IMG/VR virus record: IMGVR_UViG_3300006029_000017
Span: 1 to 41,917 of that record
Length of the DNA stretch: 41,917 bases
Strand: one strand, 5' to 3'
Source of the DNA: a virus
Taxonomy: Duplodnaviria > Caudoviricetes
Shown here: in pieces, positions 9,189-17,818 of the stretch
Numbering within the stretch: position 1 is the first letter of the stretch
How the letters are laid out: every line of letters starts with the position of its first letter
Made by a program: the position numbers and the translations under genes
The notes under the pieces: generated by a model
Databases searched by the model: none
The model's input: only the letters and a program-made list of their open reading frames with translations
What the model was told of the DNA's origin: nothing

Positions 9189-10778
9189 ATGACAGACGGA
9201 AAAAAGTCTATTATAGAAGAAGCATTAGCGGAGTTCAATCTTATTGAAGAGACTTTGAACACAAATGCTAAAGAAATACTTCGTTCGGTAGCGAAAGAAG
9301 AGATTACTAGCACGCTAAACGAATCCTTAAATGAGGATGAGTACGATATCGAAGATATCGAAGACGTTGACAGCGATGTTGACGCATTACCAGTTGATGA
9401 CGCACCTGAAGCTACACCTGATTTTGGTGGAGAAGAAGAAGGTGGTTCTGAAGAACTTGGGTTAGATGACATAGGAATGGACTCTGGAGAAGAAGACTTA
9501 GAAATAGGTCTTGGAGCAGAAGAAGGTAGCGAAGACTACGGAATGGACATGACTGGTGCATCAGACGAGGAAGTTATCTCAGTTTACAAAAAATTAAGCG
9601 GAGAAGACGAAATAGAAGTTGTATCATCAGAAGAAGTAATTATTAAAGACCCAGTATCAGGAGCAGAGTACAATGTTAAGATGAACGGTGGTGGTAGTAT
9701 GTTAGACCAAGGTGAAATGGATGTTGATGGCGAATTTGAAAGTGAGCCAGAAGTAGAATTTGAACCAGAAATGGAAGCAGAACCAGAAATGGAAGCAGAA
9801 CCAGAAATGGATGTGGAAATTGGACCAGAAGTTGAAGCTGATGCAGAACCAGAAATGGATGCGGAAGTTGGCGTTGAGGATGAGACTGAAGAAACTGAGG
9901 AAGAAGATGAAGATGAATTAGGTGAATCTATTGTTTATGAAATTGAATTATCGGAAGATGATGAAATTGCAGAAGACATAGTTAGAGGTAAAGGTCACGA
10001 TAAAGAGTTAGTTAACACTGCTTCGCCTAACACAGGTGATATCGAAGGACAAACTGCACCAGAAGATTCTGATTCAGGTGATAACCTTGAAGGTGGATTT
10101 AAAGATGACGCACAAAACGGAAACGGAGATAATCATGCTAAGCATATTATGGAAGAAGATTGTGAAGAAACTGAAGAAGTTACTGAAGAAGTTGTTGAAG
10201 AAGGTGAAGAAGTAGATGAACAAATTGCGGTTGGGTTATCCCAAGCATTTAAGCAAGATGGTACTGGAGCTGACAAATTAGGTCAACCAGAAGGTGCTGG
10301 TTCAAAAGCATTTCACAAAGGTAAGGGAGTTAAAGCTGAAAGCGTAGAAGCTAAGAAATTAGTTGAAACCGTTAAAAAGTATAACACTTTATTTGCTGAA
10401 GCTAAAAAACTTAAAGTTGAGAATGACATGTTCAAATCATCTCTTAAGGATTTTAGAAAAACAATCACCGAGACTGCTGTATTCAATATTAACTTAACAC
10501 ATGCAACTAAATTATTCTTAGAACACTCAACTACTAGTGATGAGAAGAAAGGAATACTAAATAGATTTGATGAAGAAGTTGGAACTATTGAAGAGTCTAA
10601 AAAACTTTATAAAAGAATTAATTCTGAATTAGGAACTAAAAATCCTATGAATGAGTCAATTGAAAATAAATTAATGTCTGAGCAAACATCAGGACAATCA
10701 ACTCAATTAAATGAGACGACTGCTTATGTTGACCCAGCACAAAAAAGAGTTCTTGATTTAATTAGAAGAACTAACTAA
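9189..10778 (+). CDS. Prohead core/scaffolding protein (gp22-like position)
   Basis: Very acidic 529-aa protein with a C-terminal coiled coil, located between protease and MCP; many (L/I/M)xE sites. Confidence 0.8.
   Translation: MTDGKKSIIEEALAEFNLIEETLNTNAKEILRSVAKEEITSTLNESLNEDEYDIEDIEDVDSDVDALPVDDAPEATPDFGGEEEGGSEELGLDDIGMDSGEEDLEIGLGAEEGSEDYGMDMTGASDEEVISVYKKLSGEDEIEVVSSEEVIIKDPVSGAEYNVKMNGGGSMLDQGEMDVDGEFESEPEVEFEPEMEAEPEMEAEPEMDVEIGPEVEADAEPEMDAEVGVEDETEETEEEDEDELGESIVYEIELSEDDEIAEDIVRGKGHDKELVNTASPNTGDIEGQTAPEDSDSGDNLEGGFKDDAQNGNGDNHAKHIMEEDCEETEEVTEEVVEEGEEVDEQIAVGLSQAFKQDGTGADKLGQPEGAGSKAFHKGKGVKAESVEAKKLVETVKKYNTLFAEAKKLKVENDMFKSSLKDFRKTITETAVFNINLTHATKLFLEHSTTSDEKKGILNRFDEEVGTIEESKKLYKRINSELGTKNPMNESIENKLMSEQTSGQSTQLNETTAYVDPAQKRVLDLIRRTN
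9744..9815 (+). repeat. 18-bp coding tandem repeat (EPEMEA-like) x4
   Basis: gagccagaagtagaattt gaaccagaaatggaagca gaaccagaaatggaagca gaaccagaaatggatgtg. Confidence 0.85.
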
Positions 10779-10816
10779 TAATAATATTAAAACAAAAATT
10801 AAAATAAATTAAAATT

Positions 10817-12613
10817 ATGTCAAATTTTTTAAATTCAGGTCAAGTTGGTAATATCGGACTTAACCACATGAAACAAGTAAGAGAGAACACTATCAATAAA
10901 TGGGATAGTTTAGGTTTCTTAGACGGTCTTAAAGGACACGTTAAAGAAAATATCGCTCAATTATATGAGAACGAAGCTTCTCACTTATTAAATGAGTCTA
11001 CTGACGCTTCTAGCTCAGGTTCTTTTGAAACGGTTGTATTTCCAATCGTAAGAAGAGTATTCTCAAAATTATTAGCAAATGATATTGTATCTGTACAAGC
11101 TATGAACATGCCAATTGGTAAATTGTTCTTCTTCGTACCACAAACTTCTGCTAGGTATGATTCTGCAAGTGATGCATATGGTGACCCACATAAAAATGGA
11201 CCACAATTTTCTGCACATACTTCAATGGGTTCTGACGGACTTCCAATTGTAAAAGGTGTTGACCCTTCTTATTCTCCAACTAAATACTTATCTAAAAATC
11301 TTTATGATATTTATTATAATGATGGATTATTTGATTCGTCTAAAGGTGAAATTTCTATTATCGCTGGTTCTGGTGCTTTAGTAACATTAAGCGCAGACGG
11401 TACTTTTGCTGCTGCTGCTGATTTTGCTGCACTTCCAACTGCTACAGATGGTTCTTTAAGGAACGCAATCTTACAAGTAAGTGGATTTAGCGCAATCAAT
11501 AAAGGTAGATTAAGTGGACCAGATGGTAACCCAATGGATACTGAATCTTTCTTAGCTTCTTTAAAAGTTGTTATGAATGGTGAAGCATTAACTGATGCTG
11601 ATGGTAACGTAATTGTTGCTGACGGTGGTGTTGTACCATTTAGATTAGTAACACAAAAATATGGTAGAGGTATCGTAGATTACAACGATGTTTGTGATGA
11701 TGCTGGTGTTATATTTTTAGAATTAGATATGACTCACCCAGTTGATGCAGCTGGTACTTCAACATACGATGGTTATGTAGGTGCTGACTTAGTATTAGCT
11801 TCTGGTTTCACTTCAGCTGATTTATCAGTATCATGGGCAGAATATGCTACATTAGAACTTGAAACTGAAATGGGAGAAGTATCTTTCAAATTAGATGAGG
11901 TTGTTGTTTCCGTTGAAGAACGTAAATTAAGAGCTACATGGTCTCCAGAATTAGCGCAAGATGTTAGTGCATTTCACAACATTGATGCTGAAGCTGAATT
12001 AACTGCAATGCTTTCTGAGCAAGTTGCTGCTGAAATCGATAGAGAAATCTTAAGAGATTTAAGAAGTGCTGCTGCATGGCAATTGAGATGGGATTGGAAC
12101 GGATGGAGAAAAGCTTCTCTAGCTGCTAATGCTTACACTCAAAAAGACTGGAATCAAACTTTAATTACTAAAGTTAACCAAATTTCAGCACAAATACATA
12201 AATCAACTCTTAGAGGTGGTGCAAACTTCATCGTGGTTTCTTCTGAAATCTCTGCTGTGTTTGACGATTTAGAATACTTCCACGTATCTGATGCATCTCC
12301 TGAGCAAGACCAATACAACATGGGTATCGAGAAAATCGGTTCTTTAAGTGGACGTTACCAAGTGTACCGTGACCCTTATGCTCCATCTTGGTCATTGATT
12401 ATGGGACATAAAGGTAAATCTTTATTAGATACAGGTTACATCTACGCACCTTACGTGCCAATGCAACTTACGCCTACAATGTACAACCCGTTCAACTTTG
12501 CGCCAGTGAAAGGTATAATGACACGTTATGCTAAAAAAGTTGTTAACAACCGCTTTTACGGAGCTGTTAGAGTTGATGGATTACAAACATTCAACGCAAA
12601 CGAATTAAGATAA
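10817..12613 (+). CDS. Major capsid protein (T4 gp23-like)
   Basis: VRRVFSKLLANDIVSVQAM, RKLRATWSPELAQD, AEIDREI and YAPYVP...KGIMTRYA are gp23 motifs. Confidence 0.97.
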   Translation: MSNFLNSGQVGNIGLNHMKQVRENTINKWDSLGFLDGLKGHVKENIAQLYENEASHLLNESTDASSSGSFETVVFPIVRRVFSKLLANDIVSVQAMNMPIGKLFFFVPQTSARYDSASDAYGDPHKNGPQFSAHTSMGSDGLPIVKGVDPSYSPTKYLSKNLYDIYYNDGLFDSSKGEISIIAGSGALVTLSADGTFAAAADFAALPTATDGSLRNAILQVSGFSAINKGRLSGPDGNPMDTESFLASLKVVMNGEALTDADGNVIVADGGVVPFRLVTQKYGRGIVDYNDVCDDAGVIFLELDMTHPVDAAGTSTYDGYVGADLVLASGFTSADLSVSWAEYATLELETEMGEVSFKLDEVVVSVEERKLRATWSPELAQDVSAFHNIDAEAELTAMLSEQVAAEIDREILRDLRSAAAWQLRWDWNGWRKASLAANAYTQKDWNQTLITKVNQISAQIHKSTLRGGANFIVVSSEISAVFDDLEYFHVSDASPEQDQYNMGIEKIGSLSGRYQVYRDPYAPSWSLIMGHKGKSLLDTGYIYAPYVPMQLTPTMYNPFNFAPVKGIMTRYAKKVVNNRFYGAVRVDGLQTFNANELR

Positions 12614-12637
12614 TATCTTAAGCTCGTATGAGAATAT

Positions 12638-12667
12638 AAAAGCCTTGCAATTTGCAAGGCTTTTTTT
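12638..12667. terminator. Strong, probably bidirectional terminator at the convergence point
   Basis: AAAAGCCTTGCAA-T-TTGCAAGGCTTTTTTT. Confidence 0.9.
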
Positions 12668-12680
12668 ATTTATAATAAAG

Positions 12681-12812
12681 AACCATAAAAAGCCAATATC
12701 ATCATTCTCATTTAAGAGCGTTGATGACATTGAATTTAAGGAGTGTTGGAAATTGGATAATCTTCAACCGTTATGGGGTGAGGATAATTTATCCAAGGGA
12801 AGTGATTGTTAA
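12681..12812 (+). pseudogene. HNH endonuclease C-terminal remnant
   Basis: Manual translation NHKKPISSFSFKSVDDIEFKECWKLDNLQPLWGEDNLSKGSDC*. This matches the phage HNH pattern (D)HxxP...C..L.NLQPLW..DN..K. No in-frame ATG after the terminator. Confidence 0.75.
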
Positions 12813-12814
12813 CT

Positions 12815-13414
12815 TTATTTCATATGTTTAGTGCAGTCAACAATAAAGTTTAACTTTAACGCTTTTTTATAAGTAGTAAATGAGTTTTTTTGCCATTCAG
12901 TTATTGAACCATATTTTTTAGATTCAGCTATAATTTTTTCTTTAGTCCAATAACCATTTGGTTTTTTATTCATAACCATATGAGTTATGCATTCACCATA
13001 AATTTTAAGTTTTCTAGCTTTATTTATTGAAGCGTTAGAGTTTTTTTGCCATTCAATTATTGAATTGTATTTTCTAGCTTCAGCTATAATTTTTTCTTTT
13101 GTCCAATAACCCTTTGGTTTTCTAATTTCAATCATATGAGCTGTACATTCATCCAACCAACCATTAGTACAAGCTTTATCGTATGAACCACCTGATTTTT
13201 TAGCCCATTCACTTTTAAATGAAAATTTTCTAGCTTCTTTAAGACACTTTTCTTTCGTCCAATAACCAGAAGGTTTGACATCGTAATTTAATCTTTCCCA
13301 ACCAAACCTTTCACATATATCATCCAACCAATCTTTATGATATGCACGTTGATAATCTTTTGGATTAGCTTTTTTCCATTCGGCTAGGGATTTATATTGG
13401 GATTTTTCTCTCAT
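12815..13414 (-). CDS. Helical-repeat protein D (N-terminal half-repeat cap + 3 repeats), putative DNA-binding
   Basis: KPxGYWTKEK..EA.KY...EW.KNS..Y..A...HM x3; basic, Trp-rich. Confidence 0.85.
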   Translation of the reverse strand: MREKSQYKSLAEWKKANPKDYQRAYHKDWLDDICERFGWERLNYDVKPSGYWTKEKCLKEARKFSFKSEWAKKSGGSYDKACTNGWLDECTAHMIEIRKPKGYWTKEKIIAEARKYNSIIEWQKNSNASINKARKLKIYGECITHMVMNKKPNGYWTKEKIIAESKKYGSITEWQKNSFTTYKKALKLNFIVDCTKHMK

Positions 13415-14645
13415 TATTTACCTTTCTTTTTACTATCATATGTGAACATACTTCATCTATTATACCTAACTGTCTAGCAATTCGATAAGCACTTGGTTCA
13501 GCTCTAATGAATTGAGTTCTAGTTGTATATTTTATTGATTCGGCTAATATTCGTTCTTTTGTCCAATAACCTTTAGGTTTGCATAAATTACTGATTAAAT
13601 TTTGTGTCACGTAATCCTTACAATCAAGTTTAATAGCTGTTTGGTATGCACCATTTGAATTATCCTTAAAATCCTTAATTGTTTCATACTTATTGGCCTC
13701 TTCTAATAATGTTTCTTTATTCCAAAAACCAGTAGCTGGTTTAAAATGCGCTGTTAACTCCTTATACCACCCATTTCTTCTAATTGAGTTAAATACACCG
13801 TGATGTTTCTTAACTTCTTCCTTACTATTGCATGTTGCGATAATTTTTTTACAAAGTTCCTTATTATTCCAGTAACCTAATTTTTTTATTTTCCTACCCA
13901 TATGTGCGGTTAAGTCTTCATACCAACCATTAGTTGATGCTATTGAGTATGATAAGGGGTCAGCATGTTCCCAATCAGAAGCGTATTCATATTTTAATGC
14001 TATTTTTTTAACCTCTTCATATGTCCATTTTTTTCTTTGTGGCATATGCTCACAACAAATATCTAACCAACCTTTAGTTTTCGCTACATTGTAACCACCT
14101 TTAGATTTTTGCCATTCCCACCTACCACTATGTTTTAACGCATCCTCTTTACAACGCTCTAATGTCCAATATTTAACACCTATTTTAGGTATTGTCATAT
14201 GTTTAGTACATTCATTAAGGTGTCCATTGTTTTTTGCCCCCTCATAGGAAGGGAGATTAGCTTTACGCCATTTAGTTAGAGTGTTGTGTTTCTTCGCTTC
14301 TATCATACAATTCTCTAATACACCCCAATAACCATTAGGTTTTCTACAATATATTTTTTTTGGTTCTTCCCAATTACATAAATCACATATTTCAGGTAAC
14401 CAACCTTTTCTTTTAGCAGAATCATATGAACCATAACTATTTTTTCTCCATTCAAGCCTAGTTTCATTTTTTTTAGCTTCAACTACACACTTTTCTTTGG
14501 TCCAGAAGATTTTTTTTGGTATTAATTTCCAACCAAATAAATCACATATTTCTTTTAGAAACCCTTGTTTCCTAGCAGCATTATATGATGATAAATCTGA
14601 TTTTCTCCATTCGGCTAGGGATTTATATTGAGATTTTTCTACCAC
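13392..14645 (-). CDS. Helical-repeat protein C (cap + 7 repeats), GTG start
   Basis: Seven ~48-55 aa repeats; 23-nt overlaps with both neighbours. Confidence 0.85.
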   Translation of the reverse strand: MVEKSQYKSLAEWRKSDLSSYNAARKQGFLKEICDLFGWKLIPKKIFWTKEKCVVEAKKNETRLEWRKNSYGSYDSAKRKGWLPEICDLCNWEEPKKIYCRKPNGYWGVLENCMIEAKKHNTLTKWRKANLPSYEGAKNNGHLNECTKHMTIPKIGVKYWTLERCKEDALKHSGRWEWQKSKGGYNVAKTKGWLDICCEHMPQRKKWTYEEVKKIALKYEYASDWEHADPLSYSIASTNGWYEDLTAHMGRKIKKLGYWNNKELCKKIIATCNSKEEVKKHHGVFNSIRRNGWYKELTAHFKPATGFWNKETLLEEANKYETIKDFKDNSNGAYQTAIKLDCKDYVTQNLISNLCKPKGYWTKERILAESIKYTTRTQFIRAEPSAYRIARQLGIIDEVCSHMIVKRKVNNERKIPI

Positions 14646-15402
14646 GTTTCATATGTTTAGTACATTCATTAAACCAACCGTTAATTCTAGCTGAGTTATA
14701 AGAAGATGAATTATTTTTTTTCCATTTAGATTTACTATTATATTTTTTAGCTTCAACCAAACATAATTCTTTAGTCCAATAAGTAGATGGTATTTTTTTA
14801 ATTTCCATATGAAGTATACATTCATCATACCAACCATTCATTCTTGATTTATTATATGAAGTTTGGCTATTTTTTTGCCATTCATTTCTAGTTTTATATT
14901 TTTTAGCTTCAACCAAACATAATTCTTTAGTCCAATAACCTTTCGGTTTTAATACCTCAATCATATGTTTAGTACATTCATCTAACCAACCATTTATTTT
15001 AGCTGAATTATATGAGCCAGAAGAATTTTTAGCCCATTCACTTCTAGTTTTGTATTTTTTAGCTTCGGTGATACATTTTTTTTTAACCCAATATTTATTT
15101 GGTTTATTAAATCTTTTCATATGTTCAGTACATTCGTCTAACCAACCATTTTTTCTAGCTGAATTATATGAACCAGAAGAATTTTTTTGCCATTCACTTC
15201 TAGTTTTATATTTTTTAGATTCATTTAAGACCCTCTCTTTAATATTCCAATAACCATTAGCGTTAATTTTTTTTGAAATTTTAATCCAACTAAACTTACC
15301 ACATATTTCATCTAACCAACCTTTAGAATAAGCTTTTTTATATTCTTTTGGGTTAGCTTTTCGCCACTCACCTAGTGATTTATATGGTGATTTTTCTTTC
15401 AT
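14623..15402 (-). CDS. Helical-repeat protein B (cap + 4 near-identical 52-aa repeats)
   Basis: EAKKYKTRSEWxKNSSGSYNSAxxNGWLDECTxHM repeats; 156-bp DNA periodicity. Confidence 0.85.
   Translation of the reverse strand: MKEKSPYKSLGEWRKANPKEYKKAYSKGWLDEICGKFSWIKISKKINANGYWNIKERVLNESKKYKTRSEWQKNSSGSYNSARKNGWLDECTEHMKRFNKPNKYWVKKKCITEAKKYKTRSEWAKNSSGSYNSAKINGWLDECTKHMIEVLKPKGYWTKELCLVEAKKYKTRNEWQKNSQTSYNKSRMNGWYDECILHMEIKKIPSTYWTKELCLVEAKKYNSKSKWKKNNSSSYNSARINGWFNECTKHMKRGRKISI
14738..14938. repeat. 45-bp identical direct repeat 156 bp apart (14738-14782 / 14894-14938)
   Basis: ttatattttttagcttcaaccaaacataattctttagtccaataa occurs twice. Confidence 0.9.
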
Positions 15403-16160
15403 AATTTCATATGTTTAGTACATTCATCCATAATCCCTAATTTTTGAGCTGTCATATAAGAACCTATGGATTTTTTTTTCCATTCTTCTTCGGTTTTATA
15501 TTTTTTAGAATCTATGAAAGTTATTTTTTCAATCCAAATATTTGAATCTTCCCATTTAGATTTTCTATTCATATGTTGACAACATTCATCTAACCAACCA
15601 TTATTTCTTGCATAATTATAATACGTCACTTCATTTTTAGCCCATTGACTTCTATATTTAAATTTTTTAGCTGAATTTATACATTCTTCTTTAGTGTAAG
15701 TTTTAGTTTTATTTGTTTCCCTAATTAAGTGTGATGTTATTTTGGGTAACCAACCATGATAAGATGCGTGACTATAAGTAATTGGTTCATTTTCTCTAAA
15801 ATCTCTAAGTGTACTATATTTTAATGCTATTAAATGACTTTCTTTTTCACTTCTAACTAACCCAGTTGGATTAGTATTATGTATTAAAACTTTATTACAT
15901 TCACCCATCCAACCTTTTCTATGTGCTGCTTGATATGCTGAATTAAATTTTTCTCTCCATTTTTTTTTAGTTAAACCTTTTGCAGATTCAACACATCGAT
16001 TTAGATTCCAATGCCCATTACCCCTTTCTTTCACATATTCAGACCACCCAAATATTTCACATAATCTATTAATATAACCTTGTGATTCAGCATCTTTATA
16101 GGCTTTTTTATTACTAACTCGCCATTCTTTAATTGAATTATATGGAGTTTTTTCAGGCAT
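15399..16160 (-). CDS. Helical-repeat protein A (cap + 4 divergent repeats)
   Basis: Same repeat family; ATGA overlap with gene B; starts 4 nt after the helicase stop. Confidence 0.85.
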   Translation of the reverse strand: MPEKTPYNSIKEWRVSNKKAYKDAESQGYINRLCEIFGWSEYVKERGNGHWNLNRCVESAKGLTKKKWREKFNSAYQAAHRKGWMGECNKVLIHNTNPTGLVRSEKESHLIALKYSTLRDFRENEPITYSHASYHGWLPKITSHLIRETNKTKTYTKEECINSAKKFKYRSQWAKNEVTYYNYARNNGWLDECCQHMNRKSKWEDSNIWIEKITFIDSKKYKTEEEWKKKSIGSYMTAQKLGIMDECTKHMKL

Positions 16161-16164
16161 ATTA

Positions 16165-17613
16165 TTACTCCACTAACGATAAATTACCTCGACAACTTTC
16201 TACTATATCTTCAAATGTTAATTTGGGTCTTTGTTTAGAATGACCTAATGTGTATTTAACGTGACCAATAGTGGTCATTTTATAAATACTGGCAATGTTT
16301 TCAGCATCATGAAGCACACTTTTCATTGTATCTACAACATTGTAAGTAAATTCTGGTAAAATATTTCTAGTAACTGGGTTAGGTCTTGTACCACCACTTC
16401 CACTTGTTGACCCAACAGTTGGTGATGGTCTATTACCTCTAATTATTGGGATTTGGATATCATTAAAATTTCTACCGTTGTATATTTTTAAGAATTTAAT
16501 ATCTGTTAACATCAACCCAGCGCATACTGAGAGGTGTGTTAATGACATGTTATGTAATTCTTTAGGTGTAACCTTCATATAGTATTTTGTCATGTCTGGT
16601 GTACCTCTAAGAACTCGACAGAACATTTGAAATATAATATCTGGATTATGTGTACCTGTCATATCAATAAGGTTCATTAAATTCACATCACTAAACCCTA
16701 ATCGACCTCTATTAACAACAACCAACACATTATACTCACCAGCTTTAAAATCATTAATTATACTACTTTCAGTATCATTTAATGAATGAGATAACCCTAC
16801 ATTCATATTATGTTCATTTTTTAAAATATCATAAACTGTGTTAGCTTGTGAAATAGTTTTACATGCAATCATTGTTTTACCAATTTGGTCATAAGTAAAC
16901 GCCCAATTTTTAAATTTAGTTACCCATGATGGGTGATTAAATTGTACTGGTGTAAATTTAGTTTGAAGTCTTTGTAATAATTTGTCCATTACCGCTTCAA
17001 GTGTTTTTCGTGTATCATCAACATTAAACATGAAACTTTTTTTAACTTCGTGGTCATTGGTGTAATTACCTAACCATTTATAGTTGGATGCCACCAATTC
17101 AAGATTTAATTTAGCTGAGTATATTTCTGGAATTTGATTTGCTGCAATAAAAAATATATCAAACCCACCCTTCCTAATAAAAATAGAGGGTGTTCCAGTT
17201 AACAATAGTTGTTTACTTGGGTTTATATTCTTGATAAGTCTTTGTTCTCTTGTTGCAAAATAATTTTCATGAGCTTCATCAACTATTACAAAATCATATT
17301 TACCTGTGATTTTTTTCTCACTATTTGGTAGTGATATGTGGACACTACTATTAGGGTCAAATTCTTTTGAATATGTGAAATTGACTTTAGTTTCTTCTAA
17401 TCTATCATAATAATTATCTTTCAACACATTAGTTGAGTGAGGTAACACTAAGATTTTGGCGTTTGGGTTTTTTTGTAGATATCTATCAATAACTTTAATA
17501 GATATTTCTGTTTTACCACCATTGGGTGCTATTGCTAAAACACATACTGGTGTTTTCATAATGTGGTCTACTGCGCCTTCTTGATACCCTCTAAGCACTA
17601 AATTTCTTTTCAT
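16165..17613 (-). CDS. Superfamily 2 DExH helicase/ATPase (ResIII-like), no nuclease domain recognised
   Basis: LRGYQ Q-motif, APNGGKT (I), VDEAH (II), LTGTP (III), QMFCRVLR (VI variant). ATG 17613 preferred because the promoter lies at 17644-17675. Confidence 0.88.
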   Translation of the reverse strand: MKRNLVLRGYQEGAVDHIMKTPVCVLAIAPNGGKTEISIKVIDRYLQKNPNAKILVLPHSTNVLKDNYYDRLEETKVNFTYSKEFDPNSSVHISLPNSEKKITGKYDFVIVDEAHENYFATREQRLIKNINPSKQLLLTGTPSIFIRKGGFDIFFIAANQIPEIYSAKLNLELVASNYKWLGNYTNDHEVKKSFMFNVDDTRKTLEAVMDKLLQRLQTKFTPVQFNHPSWVTKFKNWAFTYDQIGKTMIACKTISQANTVYDILKNEHNMNVGLSHSLNDTESSIINDFKAGEYNVLVVVNRGRLGFSDVNLMNLIDMTGTHNPDIIFQMFCRVLRGTPDMTKYYMKVTPKELHNMSLTHLSVCAGLMLTDIKFLKIYNGRNFNDIQIPIIRGNRPSPTVGSTSGSGGTRPNPVTRNILPEFTYNVVDTMKSVLHDAENIASIYKMTTIGHVKYTLGHSKQRPKLTFEDIVESCRGNLSLVE

Positions 17614-17643
17614 ATTATTATATTTTGTTGTTTTAAAATGATA

Positions 17644-17675
17644 CAAATATAAAAATAACATTTCATATATCCAAA
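17644..17675 (-). promoter_or_regulatory. Bacteroidota-type sigmaA promoter driving the helicase-repeat operon
   Basis: Minus strand reads TTTG-20 nt-TATATTTG, an exact match to the -33 TTTG / -7 TAnnTTTG consensus. Confidence 0.75.
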
Positions 17676-17818
17676 CTTTTATTTATTAATTTTAATTTTA
17701 TAGTCTCCATTTTATTAATCAAGTCTAATGACTTGCGGATTGGTGTATCTTCAACCCAAAATTTAGCCCTTTTTAATTCAAGGGTTACTTCGGCCAGTGT
17801 TAATTGTTCTATTTTCAT
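17663..17818 (-). CDS. Small hypothetical protein, 51 aa (not in ORF track)
   Basis: MKIEQLTLAEVTLELKRAKFWVEDTPIRKSLDLINKMETIKLKLINKSLDI*; overlaps the 3' end of rfbB. Confidence 0.5.
   Translation of the reverse strand: MKIEQLTLAEVTLELKRAKFWVEDTPIRKSLDLINKMETIKLKLINKSLDI

Noticed and set aside
109-11499. Short minus-strand and nested ORFs in the track (e.g. 109-339, 473-682, 2829-3029, 3124-3306, 5657-5950, 6987-7223, 8309-8584, 9152-9472, 11314-11499)
   Set aside because: Antisense or out-of-frame shadows of well-supported + strand genes; no motifs.
12815-16160. CRISPR array or diversity-generating retroelement behind the repeated DNA
   Set aside because: The repeats are in-frame coding units (~156 bp) without repeat-spacer structure. 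Differences between copies are not adenine-specific, and no reverse transcriptase or cas gene is present in the window.
16140-16190. Site-specific recombination (shufflon) fusing the helicase to alternative repeat cassettes
   Set aside because: Protein-level similarity (SLVE versus SLAEW) is not matched by DNA identity. All cassettes are co-oriented with their own start codons, and no recombinase was seen.
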